The notes beneath the pieces were generated by a model. The model saw only the letters and a list, made by a program, of their open reading frames with translations. It did no database searches and was not told the origin of the DNA. From an uncultured SAR86 cluster bacterium (lineage in GTDB: Bacteria > Pseudomonadota > Gammaproteobacteria > Magnimaribacterales > AG-339-G14): a stretch of DNA of 64,000 nucleotides. Both the position numbers and the translations under genes were made by a program. The stretch covers positions 5,585 to 69,584 of the forward strand of contig CACELJ010000003.1 in assembly GCA_902560275.1 (NCBI GenBank), given 5' to 3'. Below, one piece after another: positions 18,945 to 29,050 of this stretch (position 1 is its first letter; the number at the start of each line of letters is the position of its first letter).

Positions 18945-19835
18945 TTAATTTTTATTTAAATAATTGAAGCAACCTTTTAAAGCTGGCGTCTTACTCGTAA
19001 TAAGATTTATCTCAATAGATTTAAGAATTTGTGTATGTTGATCTTTGGGATGATCGGTGTATTGATTCAAAAATTTACTATCTTCTATGAGGTATGCAAG
19101 TTCCGTTACGAGGGATCCTCCAAGCAAAAGTCTTCTTGGTAAATACGCAACCGAGACATCTTGCATAAACTGCATAAGATTATCTACAAAGCCGTAAATT
19201 ATGAATTTTGCTTTTGGATTTCTTTTTTTAGCCAATAAAACAATTTCTTCGGGAGATAATTTTTGCTTATATCTAGACTGATATGCTCTGCTTATGCTGG
19301 GACCTGAAATTACATCTTCAAGAACTGAAAAATATTTTGATGATCTTATTCCAAGATTATTCAAAAGTAATTTACTGTTGAGTTTTGTATTTCCAATTTC
19401 TGTTGGTATTACTTTACCATCGGCAACAATAGCAAATCCGAGACCTGTGCCGGGCCCAATCATTAAATCTACATTAGAGTTTGATTTCCCTTTTTTAATT
19501 TTTTTTAATTTCATTTCATCAATCGCATAACCAACCGCCTCCCAATCGTTAAGAACTTGAGAATTAGCTAACTTAAACTTTCTACCTAGTAAATCTCCAT
19601 CAACGATCACTTTTCTATTTGTCATTTCTATTCTGTTACCAAGTCTTGGACCGGCAGCAGCTATAACAGCATTTTTAATTTGGGGGTTTGATAAAAGATT
19701 GCCCAAAGTTTTATTGATCTTTTGATCGGAAATATTTGAAAAGATCTTTTCTTCAAAAATATTTCTTTTATTTGCATAGGCATAGCGCATATTGGTGCCG
19801 CCAATGTCTACTAGTAAAGAAGAGTATGAGCTCAT
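18945..19835 (-). CDS. glk: Glucokinase-like sugar kinase
   Basis: DIGGTN, AGP, MTNR, LNDWEA, GPGTGLG. Confidence 0.75.
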   Translation of the reverse strand: MSSYSSLLVDIGGTNMRYAYANKRNIFEEKIFSNISDQKINKTLGNLLSNPQIKNAVIAAAGPRLGNRIEMTNRKVIVDGDLLGRKFKLANSQVLNDWEAVGYAIDEMKLKKIKKGKSNSNVDLMIGPGTGLGFAIVADGKVIPTEIGNTKLNSKLLLNNLGIRSSKYFSVLEDVISGPSISRAYQSRYKQKLSPEEIVLLAKKRNPKAKFIIYGFVDNLMQFMQDVSVAYLPRRLLLGGSLVTELAYLIEDSKFLNQYTDHPKDQHTQILKSIEINLITSKTPALKGCFNYLNKN

Positions 19836-19862
19836 TATTCAATAAGTCTTGATCTTGTTACC

Positions 19863-20423
19863 TTAAAGTTTTTTTACAAAGTCTTTGGGGTCTAGTTGAG
19901 GAATCTTTTTGTTATCTCCAGCTGGAGTTCCTATGTAAAGATATCCAAGCACCTCTTGATTATCATCAAGCCCTAAAAAAGATCCTATTTCTTTATTTAG
20001 AGCAAATTTTCCAGTTCGCCAAATACCGCCAAAGCCTAGGGCGTTGAGGGCTAAGAGTATATTTTGTCCAGCTGCAGCAGTGGAAAACATCTGCTCCAAT
20101 GGCGGCACCTTGGGATGCTCTTTTATAGTTGAAACCAAGATGACTATCATTGGTGCTCGAAAAGGAGCTTGTCTATATTTTTCCAATACTTCATCAGAGA
20201 CATCATGTAAGTGATTTTGAGCAAATTCCTGAAATATATTTGATAACTTATCTAATCCATCACCTGAAACTTCAATAAATCTTGTCGGCCTAATCCAGCC
20301 ATGATCAGGGGCTCTTAGAGCTGCCTCATAAACTAACTTCATTTCCTCAGCATTTGGGTGAGGTTCGATTAGTTGTCTTGGAGAATTTCTCTCTAGAATA
20401 TTTGATAAAGCTTTGCTTTCCAT
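19863..20423 (-). CDS. Nitroreductase (YdjA-like)
   Basis: AALRAPDHG, RAPM, WRTG, GYLYIGT. Confidence 0.9.
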   Translation of the reverse strand: MESKALSNILERNSPRQLIEPHPNAEEMKLVYEAALRAPDHGWIRPTRFIEVSGDGLDKLSNIFQEFAQNHLHDVSDEVLEKYRQAPFRAPMIVILVSTIKEHPKVPPLEQMFSTAAAGQNILLALNALGFGGIWRTGKFALNKEIGSFLGLDDNQEVLGYLYIGTPAGDNKKIPQLDPKDFVKKL

Positions 20424-20484
20424 TGATGTACTTCTTTTAAATAATTTGATTAACTATAAATTAACATATTAATCTATTGAAAAA

Positions 20485-22050
20485 ATGAATATACCTAGAG
20501 ATAAAACAGTTCAAGATCTATTTAAGTGGCGAGTTGAACAAACGCCTGACCTAGTGGCGCATAAGTTTCTCGATAGAGAAACTTCTTACAAAGAATTAGA
20601 CCTGTTATCTAATAAGGTGGCAAATGGACTTATCAAAGAGGGTTGTAAGCCAGACACAAGGGTTGCTTATTACGGAAAAAATTCAGATTATTTTTTTGAA
20701 TTTTTGGTAGGAACAATGAAATCTGCAACGGTCGCCGTAGGTGTTAATTGGAGACTTGCTCCTCCAGAAGTAGTTTATGTCTTAAATGATTCTGAAAGCG
20801 AGGTACTTTTCGTGGGGGAAGAATTCTATCCTGTTATCGAACAAATCAAAGATGAAATACCTAAGGTAAAGAAAATTATTGCGGTAGACGATAGTCACGA
20901 AACCTTTGAAAGTTATATTGCGTGGCGAGATAGCCAAGTTGAGGATGCTCCTGGTATTTCGACATCATTAGATGACGATATTATTCAGCTCTACACTTCA
21001 GGCACAACGGGCCATCCCAAAGGCGTTCAGCTAACGAATCAAAACTTTTCTTCAGCGAACGATACTATAGAAGGCATTGTTCCTTTTGAAGAAGGTACGC
21101 CAAATTTGGTTTGTATGCCGGGGTATCATGTTGCCGGAACTAATTGGGGTATTTGGGGGCTAGTCAACGGCTGCAAAAATATTATCATCGCTGATATTGA
21201 TCCCGTCTTAATCTTGGAATTAATTGAAAAAGAAAAAATTCGTTCTTCACTTTTCGTTCCGGCCGTGATTTTGTTCTTAGTATCAATACCGCAAGCCGCT
21301 GAGACAGATTTTTCATCTCTTAAGTTTGTTCTCTACGGAGCCTCACCGATTGCTGATGACACTATATTAAAAGCAAAAGAAATAATGAAATGTGATTTAT
21401 TTCAGGTTTATGGGCTAACTGAAACTGCAGGCGCAATAACGATTCTGATGCCAGAGGATCATGATCCAGAAAAAGGAAAATTAAGATCATGCGGGAAAGC
21501 ACTCAATAGCGTTGAAATTAAAGTTGTCGATGATGAAGGGAATGAAGTAAAAACTGGCGATATAGGAGAAGTCATCTCCAAATCACCTTTAAATATGAAA
21601 GGATATTGGAATAGACCGGATGCCACAGAAGAAGCCATAAAAGATGGATGGTTTTATTCCGGCGATGCTGGATTTTTTGATGATGAGGGTTATCTCTACA
21701 TACATGATCGAGTTAAAGATATGATTGTTTCTGGCGGAGAAAATATTTACCCAGCAGAGGTAGAAAATGCCCTGATGAGTCATCCAGAAATTGCAGATGC
21801 TGCAGTGATTGGGGTACCAGATGACAAATGGGGGGAATCAGTCAAAGGCTTTGTGGTTTTACAACCGGATTCAAGTTTGGATGAGACTGAAATTATTTCA
21901 TATTCAAGAACACAAATAGCCGGTTATAAATGTCCAAAAACTATCAATTTCATAGAGGCCTTACCGCGAAATCCCTCTGGTAAAATTCTTCGTCGAGAAT
22001 TGCGTGAGCCTTTTTGGGAAGGTAAAGATAGAATGGTTTCAGGTAATTAA
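20485..22050 (+). CDS. Long-chain fatty acid--CoA ligase
   Basis: YTSGTTGHPKG, YGLTE, SGDAG, SGGENIYPAEVE, GKI. Confidence 0.92.
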   Translation: MNIPRDKTVQDLFKWRVEQTPDLVAHKFLDRETSYKELDLLSNKVANGLIKEGCKPDTRVAYYGKNSDYFFEFLVGTMKSATVAVGVNWRLAPPEVVYVLNDSESEVLFVGEEFYPVIEQIKDEIPKVKKIIAVDDSHETFESYIAWRDSQVEDAPGISTSLDDDIIQLYTSGTTGHPKGVQLTNQNFSSANDTIEGIVPFEEGTPNLVCMPGYHVAGTNWGIWGLVNGCKNIIIADIDPVLILELIEKEKIRSSLFVPAVILFLVSIPQAAETDFSSLKFVLYGASPIADDTILKAKEIMKCDLFQVYGLTETAGAITILMPEDHDPEKGKLRSCGKALNSVEIKVVDDEGNEVKTGDIGEVISKSPLNMKGYWNRPDATEEAIKDGWFYSGDAGFFDDEGYLYIHDRVKDMIVSGGENIYPAEVENALMSHPEIADAAVIGVPDDKWGESVKGFVVLQPDSSLDETEIISYSRTQIAGYKCPKTINFIEALPRNPSGKILRRELREPFWEGKDRMVSGN

Positions 22051-22070
22051 ACTTTTTATAGGAGATAAAA

Positions 22071-22688
22071 ATGTTAAAACTTCATTTTGCACCAAACTCA
22101 AGAGCAGAAAGGATTCTTTGGCTTCTGGAAGAGCTAGAGCTACCTTACGAACTAAATGAAATGGCTTTTCATCCCACAGATCTGAAGTCGGATGAGCATA
22201 GGGCCAGGCATCCTCTTGGAAGAATTCCGGTTCTAGATGATGGAGATATCCAAATATGGGAATCTGGTGCAATCACCGAATACATAATTGAGAAATATAA
22301 GAATGGTGGCTTGAAGCCTGACGTTCAATCAGAGCTCTTTCCGCAATATCTCCAATGGTTTCATTATTGCGAGGGCATGATTATGCCGCCCATGAACACC
22401 ATAGTTGTTCATACAGTTTTATTGCCACCGGACAGAAGAGACGAGACCGTTCTAGGTCAAGCACAAAGACTACTCACTAGGGCGCTTGAACCGATTAATG
22501 AAGCCCTAGAGGGCAAAGATTATCTAATAGGCGATTTTTCTGGAGCTGACATCATGCTTGGTCATTCTTGTTACATGTCAAACAGAATGGGTTGCGTAAC
22601 CGATGAGATGAAAAATATAAAAGCCTATGTAGAACGTTTATCTTCAAGACCGGCTTTTTTGAAGATGGCCGAGCACAGACCTTCCTAA
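22071..22688 (+). CDS. Glutathione S-transferase
   Basis: SRAERILWLLEEL, PLGRIPVL, WESGAI, FSGADI. Confidence 0.92.
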   Translation: MLKLHFAPNSRAERILWLLEELELPYELNEMAFHPTDLKSDEHRARHPLGRIPVLDDGDIQIWESGAITEYIIEKYKNGGLKPDVQSELFPQYLQWFHYCEGMIMPPMNTIVVHTVLLPPDRRDETVLGQAQRLLTRALEPINEALEGKDYLIGDFSGADIMLGHSCYMSNRMGCVTDEMKNIKAYVERLSSRPAFLKMAEHRPS

Positions 22689-22689
22689 A

Positions 22690-23880
22690 ATGATACAAAA
22701 AGAACAAATTAGGGTCATCAAAGGCCTTCTGGATCATCTCGATAATAAAACTAATGTAAAAGCTGATGGCATGATTAAGAATCCAGCGGATACCTATACC
22801 TCAGAGGATAGGTTCCAAATGGAGTGGAATAATTTTTTCCTTAATCATCCTCAAATTATTGGTTTTAGTGGAGATTTACCGAATAAGGGATCCTTTATGA
22901 CTACCGATGATTTTGGTGTTCCTATCCTTGCAACGCGTGATGCAAATGGAGAATTTAAGTGTTTTGTTAATGTATGCACGCATAGAGGAGTTATAGTTGA
23001 GAATCAAAGAAGAGGCGAAAAAGAGAAATTTTCTTGTCCTTTTCATGGCTGGACTTTCAACAATAGAGGCTCGCTAGTTGGGTATCCGAAACCTGATCAT
23101 TTTGGCGAGATAGATAAATCCTGTTATGGGTTAAAAGAACTTCCGTGCGTGGAGCAACATGGTTTTTTGTTTGTGCATCCAGATGAAAATGGCGTCATTG
23201 ATACTCAAGACCTATTGGGAGATCAACTTATAGAAGAAATGGAATCATGGGGCTTCAAGGATCTTATCCTTACTCAAGAAGAAGAATATGTGACTGACAT
23301 GAATTGGAAGCTCGCTATCGATACTTTCGGGGAAACTTATCATTTTTCTACTCTGCATAAAGATACTTTGTTCGAATCTTTTTATGGGAATGTCCAGATG
23401 TTTGACACTTTTAAAAGGAATGCAAGATTGAGTTTGTGCAAACGCCAAATAGAAGATTTAAGAACAACTCCTGAAAAAGATTGGGATGTAAGAGTCGGAT
23501 CCCTTCCAGTATATTTCCTCTTTCCAAACATAATTGTGAATGTCCTTGAAGGTGGCATCATTGTTGTTAAAGAGTATCCTTTAGAAAATTCTCCACATAA
23601 AAGTGTATCTAAGGTTTCTTTTTACTTTACCCCTGAGGCAGTTGGATACCTTGAAGAGATGAAAAACGGAGATGAAGAGAGCTTTAATCCTTACATTGCT
23701 TTTGGAGAAATCATTAGAGACGAAGATTATGTTGCAGCTGCAGCTTCCCACAAAGGACTTAGGTCAGGGAAAATAGATCATATCTTGTTTGGTCAAAATG
23801 AGCCCGCTCTGCATCATTATCACAATACCTATAGAGAGGCATTGAACCTAGAACCAATGCCCCTTATAAAATCTAAATAA
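22690..23880 (+). CDS. Rieske non-heme iron oxygenase alpha subunit
   Basis: CTHRG...CPFHGW Rieske ligands; ETYHFSTLH and distal ED iron site. Confidence 0.92.
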   Translation: MIQKEQIRVIKGLLDHLDNKTNVKADGMIKNPADTYTSEDRFQMEWNNFFLNHPQIIGFSGDLPNKGSFMTTDDFGVPILATRDANGEFKCFVNVCTHRGVIVENQRRGEKEKFSCPFHGWTFNNRGSLVGYPKPDHFGEIDKSCYGLKELPCVEQHGFLFVHPDENGVIDTQDLLGDQLIEEMESWGFKDLILTQEEEYVTDMNWKLAIDTFGETYHFSTLHKDTLFESFYGNVQMFDTFKRNARLSLCKRQIEDLRTTPEKDWDVRVGSLPVYFLFPNIIVNVLEGGIIVVKEYPLENSPHKSVSKVSFYFTPEAVGYLEEMKNGDEESFNPYIAFGEIIRDEDYVAAAASHKGLRSGKIDHILFGQNEPALHHYHNTYREALNLEPMPLIKSK

Positions 23881-23889
23881 TATTAATCA

Positions 23890-25122
23890 ATGTTCAAAAG
23901 TATTAATAAAAATACTTTAATTGCTGGATCGTTTTTCTTTTGTGTTTTGTACGCTCTCTTTGTCATGCGTCCTTTCAGGAGCGCAATGGCTGCGCAAATA
24001 GGTACAAGTGATCTGACCTACTTCTTGTTGATTGTTGTATTGGTTATGTTACTGGCAAATCCTGTTTATTCTCTTATTGTTTCGCGGGTAAAGGAATCAA
24101 GGCTTGTAACGTATATTTATGGTTTTTTTATCCTCAACCTTTTTTTATATGCCTTTATAAATAACCTCTATCCGGATAATTATGTTGTGGGCGTAAGTTT
24201 TTACATTTGGTATAACGTATTCAATTTTTTTGTTGTTTCAGTTTTTTGGGCCAAAACAGTTAATAGTTTTCAAACCGACGATAGTAAAAAGTATTTCGGC
24301 ATTATAAGTGCCTTTGGTTCTGCTGGAGCTTGGCTAGGCTCTCAATCAGTTTTACTTTTTCTGGCTGATTTGCCTGTCGTTGCAATGCTGTGTGCATCTG
24401 TTGGATTAATCTTAGGTATTGTTTTGTCTAGATTATTGAACAGTGTCTCAAGCGAAATCATTAAAAAAGAAAATTCGGGTTTTCTTACAGAGTTATCAGA
24501 GCAATTCATACAAATAAAATCCAATAAACTTGTCAGACAACTCTTAATTTATGCTTTTCTTTGGACGTGCCTAGCAACATCTCTATATTTCTTCAGTCTT
24601 GAAATAATCAATAAGTATTCAACAGATGTTGTTGAACAAAGAAAGATTTTCTCTTTAGCAGACTCTGTGGTGACGCCAATTTCCTTTTTCGCTCAATTAT
24701 TTTTAACTAGATTTTTCTTAGAAAATAGATTTTTTGGTATCAAGTTTGTCTTAATTGCTTACGGGGCATTATTCTCCATAGCTTTCTTTGCAATTTCAGG
24801 CTACATGGCGAATATATTGCTTAGTTCTTCTGGGGTAATACTGTTTATTATTTTATCGGCTGTCATGAGGCCCTTTGAATACGCAATAAATAAACCTGCA
24901 AGAGAAAGCGTTTATACAACATTAGAGAAATCTGAAAAATATAAATCAACTGTTTTTATAGATACGTTTACCAATAGATTTGGCGATGCCTCGGGTGGAT
25001 TATTATTCAATGCCTTGATTGTATTAGGGTTGAGCTTATCCCTAGCGCCTATAGCAATTATTCCTTTAGCAATTTATTTATCCATGCAAGGAAGATCAAT
25101 AGCTGCTAAGTCTTCTATCTAG
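23890..25122 (+). CDS. NTP/NDP exchange (NTT/TLC-like) MFS transporter
   Basis: About 12 TM; RPFR, FNFFVVSVFW, EYAINKPARE, KYK..FIDT...RFGD. Confidence 0.8.
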   Translation: MFKSINKNTLIAGSFFFCVLYALFVMRPFRSAMAAQIGTSDLTYFLLIVVLVMLLANPVYSLIVSRVKESRLVTYIYGFFILNLFLYAFINNLYPDNYVVGVSFYIWYNVFNFFVVSVFWAKTVNSFQTDDSKKYFGIISAFGSAGAWLGSQSVLLFLADLPVVAMLCASVGLILGIVLSRLLNSVSSEIIKKENSGFLTELSEQFIQIKSNKLVRQLLIYAFLWTCLATSLYFFSLEIINKYSTDVVEQRKIFSLADSVVTPISFFAQLFLTRFFLENRFFGIKFVLIAYGALFSIAFFAISGYMANILLSSSGVILFIILSAVMRPFEYAINKPARESVYTTLEKSEKYKSTVFIDTFTNRFGDASGGLLFNALIVLGLSLSLAPIAIIPLAIYLSMQGRSIAAKSSI

Positions 25123-25129
25123 AATGATT

Positions 25130-25999
25130 CTAGTAAGGCCTATCACCGACGATAGTTACTCTCTCAACTTTTCGGACATTAGGCCAATAGTCGGAAGCAG
25201 CGTAATGTTGGCATGCTCGATTATCCCAAAATGCAATTGAGTTTGGCTCCCAAATAAATCGACACTGATACTCAGGAATGGATGCTCTGGAATAAAGAAA
25301 GTTAAGCATTTTCTCAGATTCATCTGGATCCCAGCCTTTGATAAATTGAGTAAACGCCCTATTGACGTAAATACTCTTTTGCTTAGTATCTGGATGTGTT
25401 CTTATGACAGGATGCTCTGGATTTGGAAATTTCTTATTCACAGCTTCAATCTCTTCTTCAGTTTTTCCTGCCTTCACTAAGCCCTTTCTGAAGTTGGCAA
25501 AATCATGAATGGCAACGGCACCATCAAGCTTTTCTTTGACCTCGTCAGGAAGATCTTCGTAGGCTGCTCCCATGTCTGCAAAAAGAGTATCTCCTCCGTA
25601 ATCAGGACACTCAATCATTCTTAATACTGAACCCAGAGAAGGCTCTTGTCTCCAAGTTACATCTGAATGCCAAGTATTTTCTTTGCCTCTGTTGTCTTTA
25701 TCGTGTGTAATTTTCAGCACTTCTGGAAAATTTTCTTTTTGAGGTGCAAAAGGATGAATTTCTAGCGAGCCAAAATTACGAGCAAAGTTTAAATGCTCTT
25801 CTGTTGAAATCATCTGGTCTCTAAAAAAAATAACTTTGTACGTTAAAAGAGCTTTGTAGATCATATCTAATGTCGATTGATTCAAATCTTCTCTTAAATC
25901 TATTTCAAGTAGTTCTGCCCCGATCGAGGGCGATAATCTTTTTACTTTGAAAGGAAGTTTCTGACTTTCAAACTTCTCTGCTGAAAAACTGTTGTTCAT
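25130..25999 (-). CDS. TauD/TfdA family Fe(II)/2OG dioxygenase
   Basis: WHSD, GGDT, HPVIRTHP, WDNRACQH, C-terminal Arg. Confidence 0.92.
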   Translation of the reverse strand: MNNSFSAEKFESQKLPFKVKRLSPSIGAELLEIDLREDLNQSTLDMIYKALLTYKVIFFRDQMISTEEHLNFARNFGSLEIHPFAPQKENFPEVLKITHDKDNRGKENTWHSDVTWRQEPSLGSVLRMIECPDYGGDTLFADMGAAYEDLPDEVKEKLDGAVAIHDFANFRKGLVKAGKTEEEIEAVNKKFPNPEHPVIRTHPDTKQKSIYVNRAFTQFIKGWDPDESEKMLNFLYSRASIPEYQCRFIWEPNSIAFWDNRACQHYAASDYWPNVRKVERVTIVGDRPY

Positions 26000-26056
26000 A
26001 ATCTCTGATAAATTCTATCCAAGAAATTTTTAATTTAACAGGGCTAGGCTAAATAA

Positions 26057-27892
26057 TTAATTCAACGGCTTTGCATTACTAATCATGTCATTTACTTTCT
26101 CTTCAACAATAAAAAGAGGAGGACTGCCATGATCTAAGAGAGCAGAGTGAAAGTCTTTTATGTTGAACTTTTCGCCCAAGGCATCTTGAGCTTTTTTTCT
26201 TAGCTCTAGTATTTTTATCATACCGACCTTATAGCTAAGCGCCTGAGCAGGCCATACAATATAGCGCTCTATCTCAACTCTTACCTCAGTGTCAGACATT
26301 CCAGTTTTTGCTTTCATGTACGCCATAGCTTCTTCACGAGTCCATCTTTTATAGTGCATTCCTGTATCTACTACCAATCTGACTGCTCTGAAAAGTTCAC
26401 TTTGCAAAATACCTAATTCATCCAAAGGGTTATCAGCCAAGCCAGCTTCCAAGGCGAGCTGTTCTGCGTAAAGAGCCCATCCTTCTGAAAATGCCGAAGT
26501 TCTATAACCAAATTTTCGATAATAAGTTAGATCTTCATTTTCCAAGGAATGAGCTATTTGGTGATGATGGCCCGGAATAGCCTCATGATAGGCAAGTGTT
26601 TTCATACCGTACTTTGGAGTTTGCTTGATATCGTACAAATTTGCATAAAAGACGCCAGGCCGACTCCCATCCAAAGCAGGCGATCTGTAATATCCACCCG
26701 CCGCGGTTTTTTCTGAGTACTCTGGGACTGCTTTAACGATGACTTTAGATTTCGGCATAGTATGAAAGTACTTTTCTAAAACAACGTATGCCTCATCAAC
26801 CATCTCAGAATAATCTTTAATCGCAATCTTTTTTCTATCGGGAGTATCGTCGTAAAGAAATTGTGGATCCTCATTTAACTCGTTCATTAAAATACCCACA
26901 GACTTGTCTTGGTTGTATCCTAATTGGGTCAGGATAGTTTTCATCCTCTTGCTGATTCGCTCTACTTCGCTAAGACCCATGTCATGAATTTCTTGAGGCG
27001 AATAATCTGTAGTTGTATAAGTTCTTATTCTCAACTCATAATATTTATCTCCGTTTGGTTGGGACCATAGCCCATGATTATTATTTGCCTGCGCTTGAGT
27101 TGAAACCAAATAATCTTTCATCATCCTAAATGCTTTGTCGATGCTTTGTCTGATTGCTTGTTTAAGCTTCTCTCGAAGCTGCATTTTCTGCTCTTCTGAA
27201 AAGTCTAAATCCTTAATTTTTCTGTCGAATTCTGAATAGATAGGATGCTCCTCAAATGAGAAGTTTAAAAATTCATCAAGCTGGGCAATGACTCGTTCGT
27301 AAACAAATTTTGGCGCATAAAAGTCAATGGCTTTTTGCCCATTTAATTCATACAGATGCCCCTCAAAAACATCTTCAAAAAGTCTTACTCTGTCTATGTA
27401 AGCTTCTGCTTCTGGTAGATTTCTAATCGGATGGGTATCTGTCATGAATTCAACCATATCAATGTGAGCACCGCCTATCTGATTGAGAACGTAGTTATGG
27501 AAAGGGAAAGCATCTAATCTCAACAACGTATTCTCAGTATCGAAAATAGCTATTTTTTTTGAAGCTCTTTGGATGCTGCTTAGATTTTCATCATCATAAG
27601 ATCTTAAAGTCTCTAAAATCTTTCTTGCTTTCGCTTTGTCGCGATCTAATTGTTTCTGACTTGGAATGGTTAATTTTGATGCATGACCGGTAAGCCAATT
27701 GTATTTATCAAAGATTCCTATGTAAGTCATTGACTCAGGTGAATCAATTATTTCAAGAAAAGTTTCTTTGGCTAAAAAATGATCTATTGAAAAAGGCTTC
27801 ATGAAAAAAAGATTTATTAAATAAATCGAAATAGCCAAAAGAGCCAATAAAATCAGTCGAAATAGATATTTGAAAGCTAATTTAAATATCAT
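26057..27892 (-). CDS. DUF885 family protein (metallopeptidase-like), N-terminal anchor
   Basis: HEAIPGHH, EGWALYAE, RLVVDTGMH, EIERY..WPAQALSYK. Confidence 0.92.
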   Translation of the reverse strand: MIFKLAFKYLFRLILLALLAISIYLINLFFMKPFSIDHFLAKETFLEIIDSPESMTYIGIFDKYNWLTGHASKLTIPSQKQLDRDKAKARKILETLRSYDDENLSSIQRASKKIAIFDTENTLLRLDAFPFHNYVLNQIGGAHIDMVEFMTDTHPIRNLPEAEAYIDRVRLFEDVFEGHLYELNGQKAIDFYAPKFVYERVIAQLDEFLNFSFEEHPIYSEFDRKIKDLDFSEEQKMQLREKLKQAIRQSIDKAFRMMKDYLVSTQAQANNNHGLWSQPNGDKYYELRIRTYTTTDYSPQEIHDMGLSEVERISKRMKTILTQLGYNQDKSVGILMNELNEDPQFLYDDTPDRKKIAIKDYSEMVDEAYVVLEKYFHTMPKSKVIVKAVPEYSEKTAAGGYYRSPALDGSRPGVFYANLYDIKQTPKYGMKTLAYHEAIPGHHHQIAHSLENEDLTYYRKFGYRTSAFSEGWALYAEQLALEAGLADNPLDELGILQSELFRAVRLVVDTGMHYKRWTREEAMAYMKAKTGMSDTEVRVEIERYIVWPAQALSYKVGMIKILELRKKAQDALGEKFNIKDFHSALLDHGSPPLFIVEEKVNDMISNAKPLN

Positions 27893-27907
27893 CTATATTA
27901 AATTTAG

Positions 27908-29050
27908 TTAATAAGAGAATTTTTTCAAGATATCAGGGATATTTTTCTTAAAATTAAAGAACCCCTTATTTGAAAACTCCCAACAAAAAATGTCTTCTTC
28001 GCGAGTTATAAAGTTGATATCCGTATTATTTATTTTCTGAGCCTCTCTTAAGAAATCTAGATTTTCTCCTACAGATGGGTAGACAACATCAAATGAATTA
28101 AGTTGCCTTAACTTCTCTGGCGATTCCAAAGAAGAATTATCAAGATATATCTGCGCATCGCTAAGAGCTTTCTTTTTAAAAGCCAATACTTTTGCATCTA
28201 ATTCTATTTTTCTGTCAGCGTTAGTTAACAGAATCAAATATATATTTTCATAACTCTTGTAGAGGTTTTCTCTCCCCTCTAGCCAAAGGTCATTTTCAAA
28301 CATCACAAGAGTGTTACATTTTTTTGTTTCATTAAATGTCAGGTTTAAAGGCTCTTTTAAATATTCTTTTTCTTCGTTTAAAGATTCAGCATAGGTATTC
28401 AATCCAACTGGATTAAATCTTCCATCGGTAAATTTAGATATGTTTGATGGCCTAGCAATATAGTGCTTGCCCTTTGTTTGGATACCGGCAACCCACCGCC
28501 AACTAAGCGTGTTTGATGCTGCATCTCCATCTAATAAATATTTCATAAAGAATTCGGCTCCTAACTGCCAAGGAAGGCCTAGGGTAAAAATCCAAATGCT
28601 TGCGAACCACATTCTCGTATGATTGTGAAGGTAATTTTCTTCTTTTAATTCGTTGATCCAAAAATCAAAGCAATCAATCCCGGTATTGCCGTTAATAGCT
28701 TTTTCATAAGCGGTTTCATCGTCTATCTCTACCCTTTCAGAAATAAAATCTTCCCAGACGGCAGGCCTTAATTCTAACCAACCTTTCCAATAAGTTCTCC
28801 AGCATATCTCTTGGATAAATTTTTCTATTTTTGCAAATGAGTAGAAATCTAATGACCGATTTATCAGCTCTTGTTCAAGGATAAGTCTGTGGGTAATGAA
28901 AGGCGACAAACAAGAAACATTATCTCTTTTTTCAGGTCCATAATCGTAATTTCTTAACCCTTGATAGTCCGATAAATTATTAGAGACAAAATTTTCAGCC
29001 ACTGAATTAGCTAATTTAAATAGGTTTTTTGTATTATCTTTTGCGTACAT
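27908..29050 (-). CDS. Short photolyase with N-terminal FAD-binding domain (SPL/NewPHL-like)
   Basis: 380 aa; VSCLSPFI, EKFIQEICWRTYW, LHNHTRMWFAS, LLDGDAASN..SWRWVAG all in the N-terminal ~200 aa. Confidence 0.85.
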   Translation of the reverse strand: MYAKDNTKNLFKLANSVAENFVSNNLSDYQGLRNYDYGPEKRDNVSCLSPFITHRLILEQELINRSLDFYSFAKIEKFIQEICWRTYWKGWLELRPAVWEDFISERVEIDDETAYEKAINGNTGIDCFDFWINELKEENYLHNHTRMWFASIWIFTLGLPWQLGAEFFMKYLLDGDAASNTLSWRWVAGIQTKGKHYIARPSNISKFTDGRFNPVGLNTYAESLNEEKEYLKEPLNLTFNETKKCNTLVMFENDLWLEGRENLYKSYENIYLILLTNADRKIELDAKVLAFKKKALSDAQIYLDNSSLESPEKLRQLNSFDVVYPSVGENLDFLREAQKINNTDINFITREEDIFCWEFSNKGFFNFKKNIPDILKKFSY

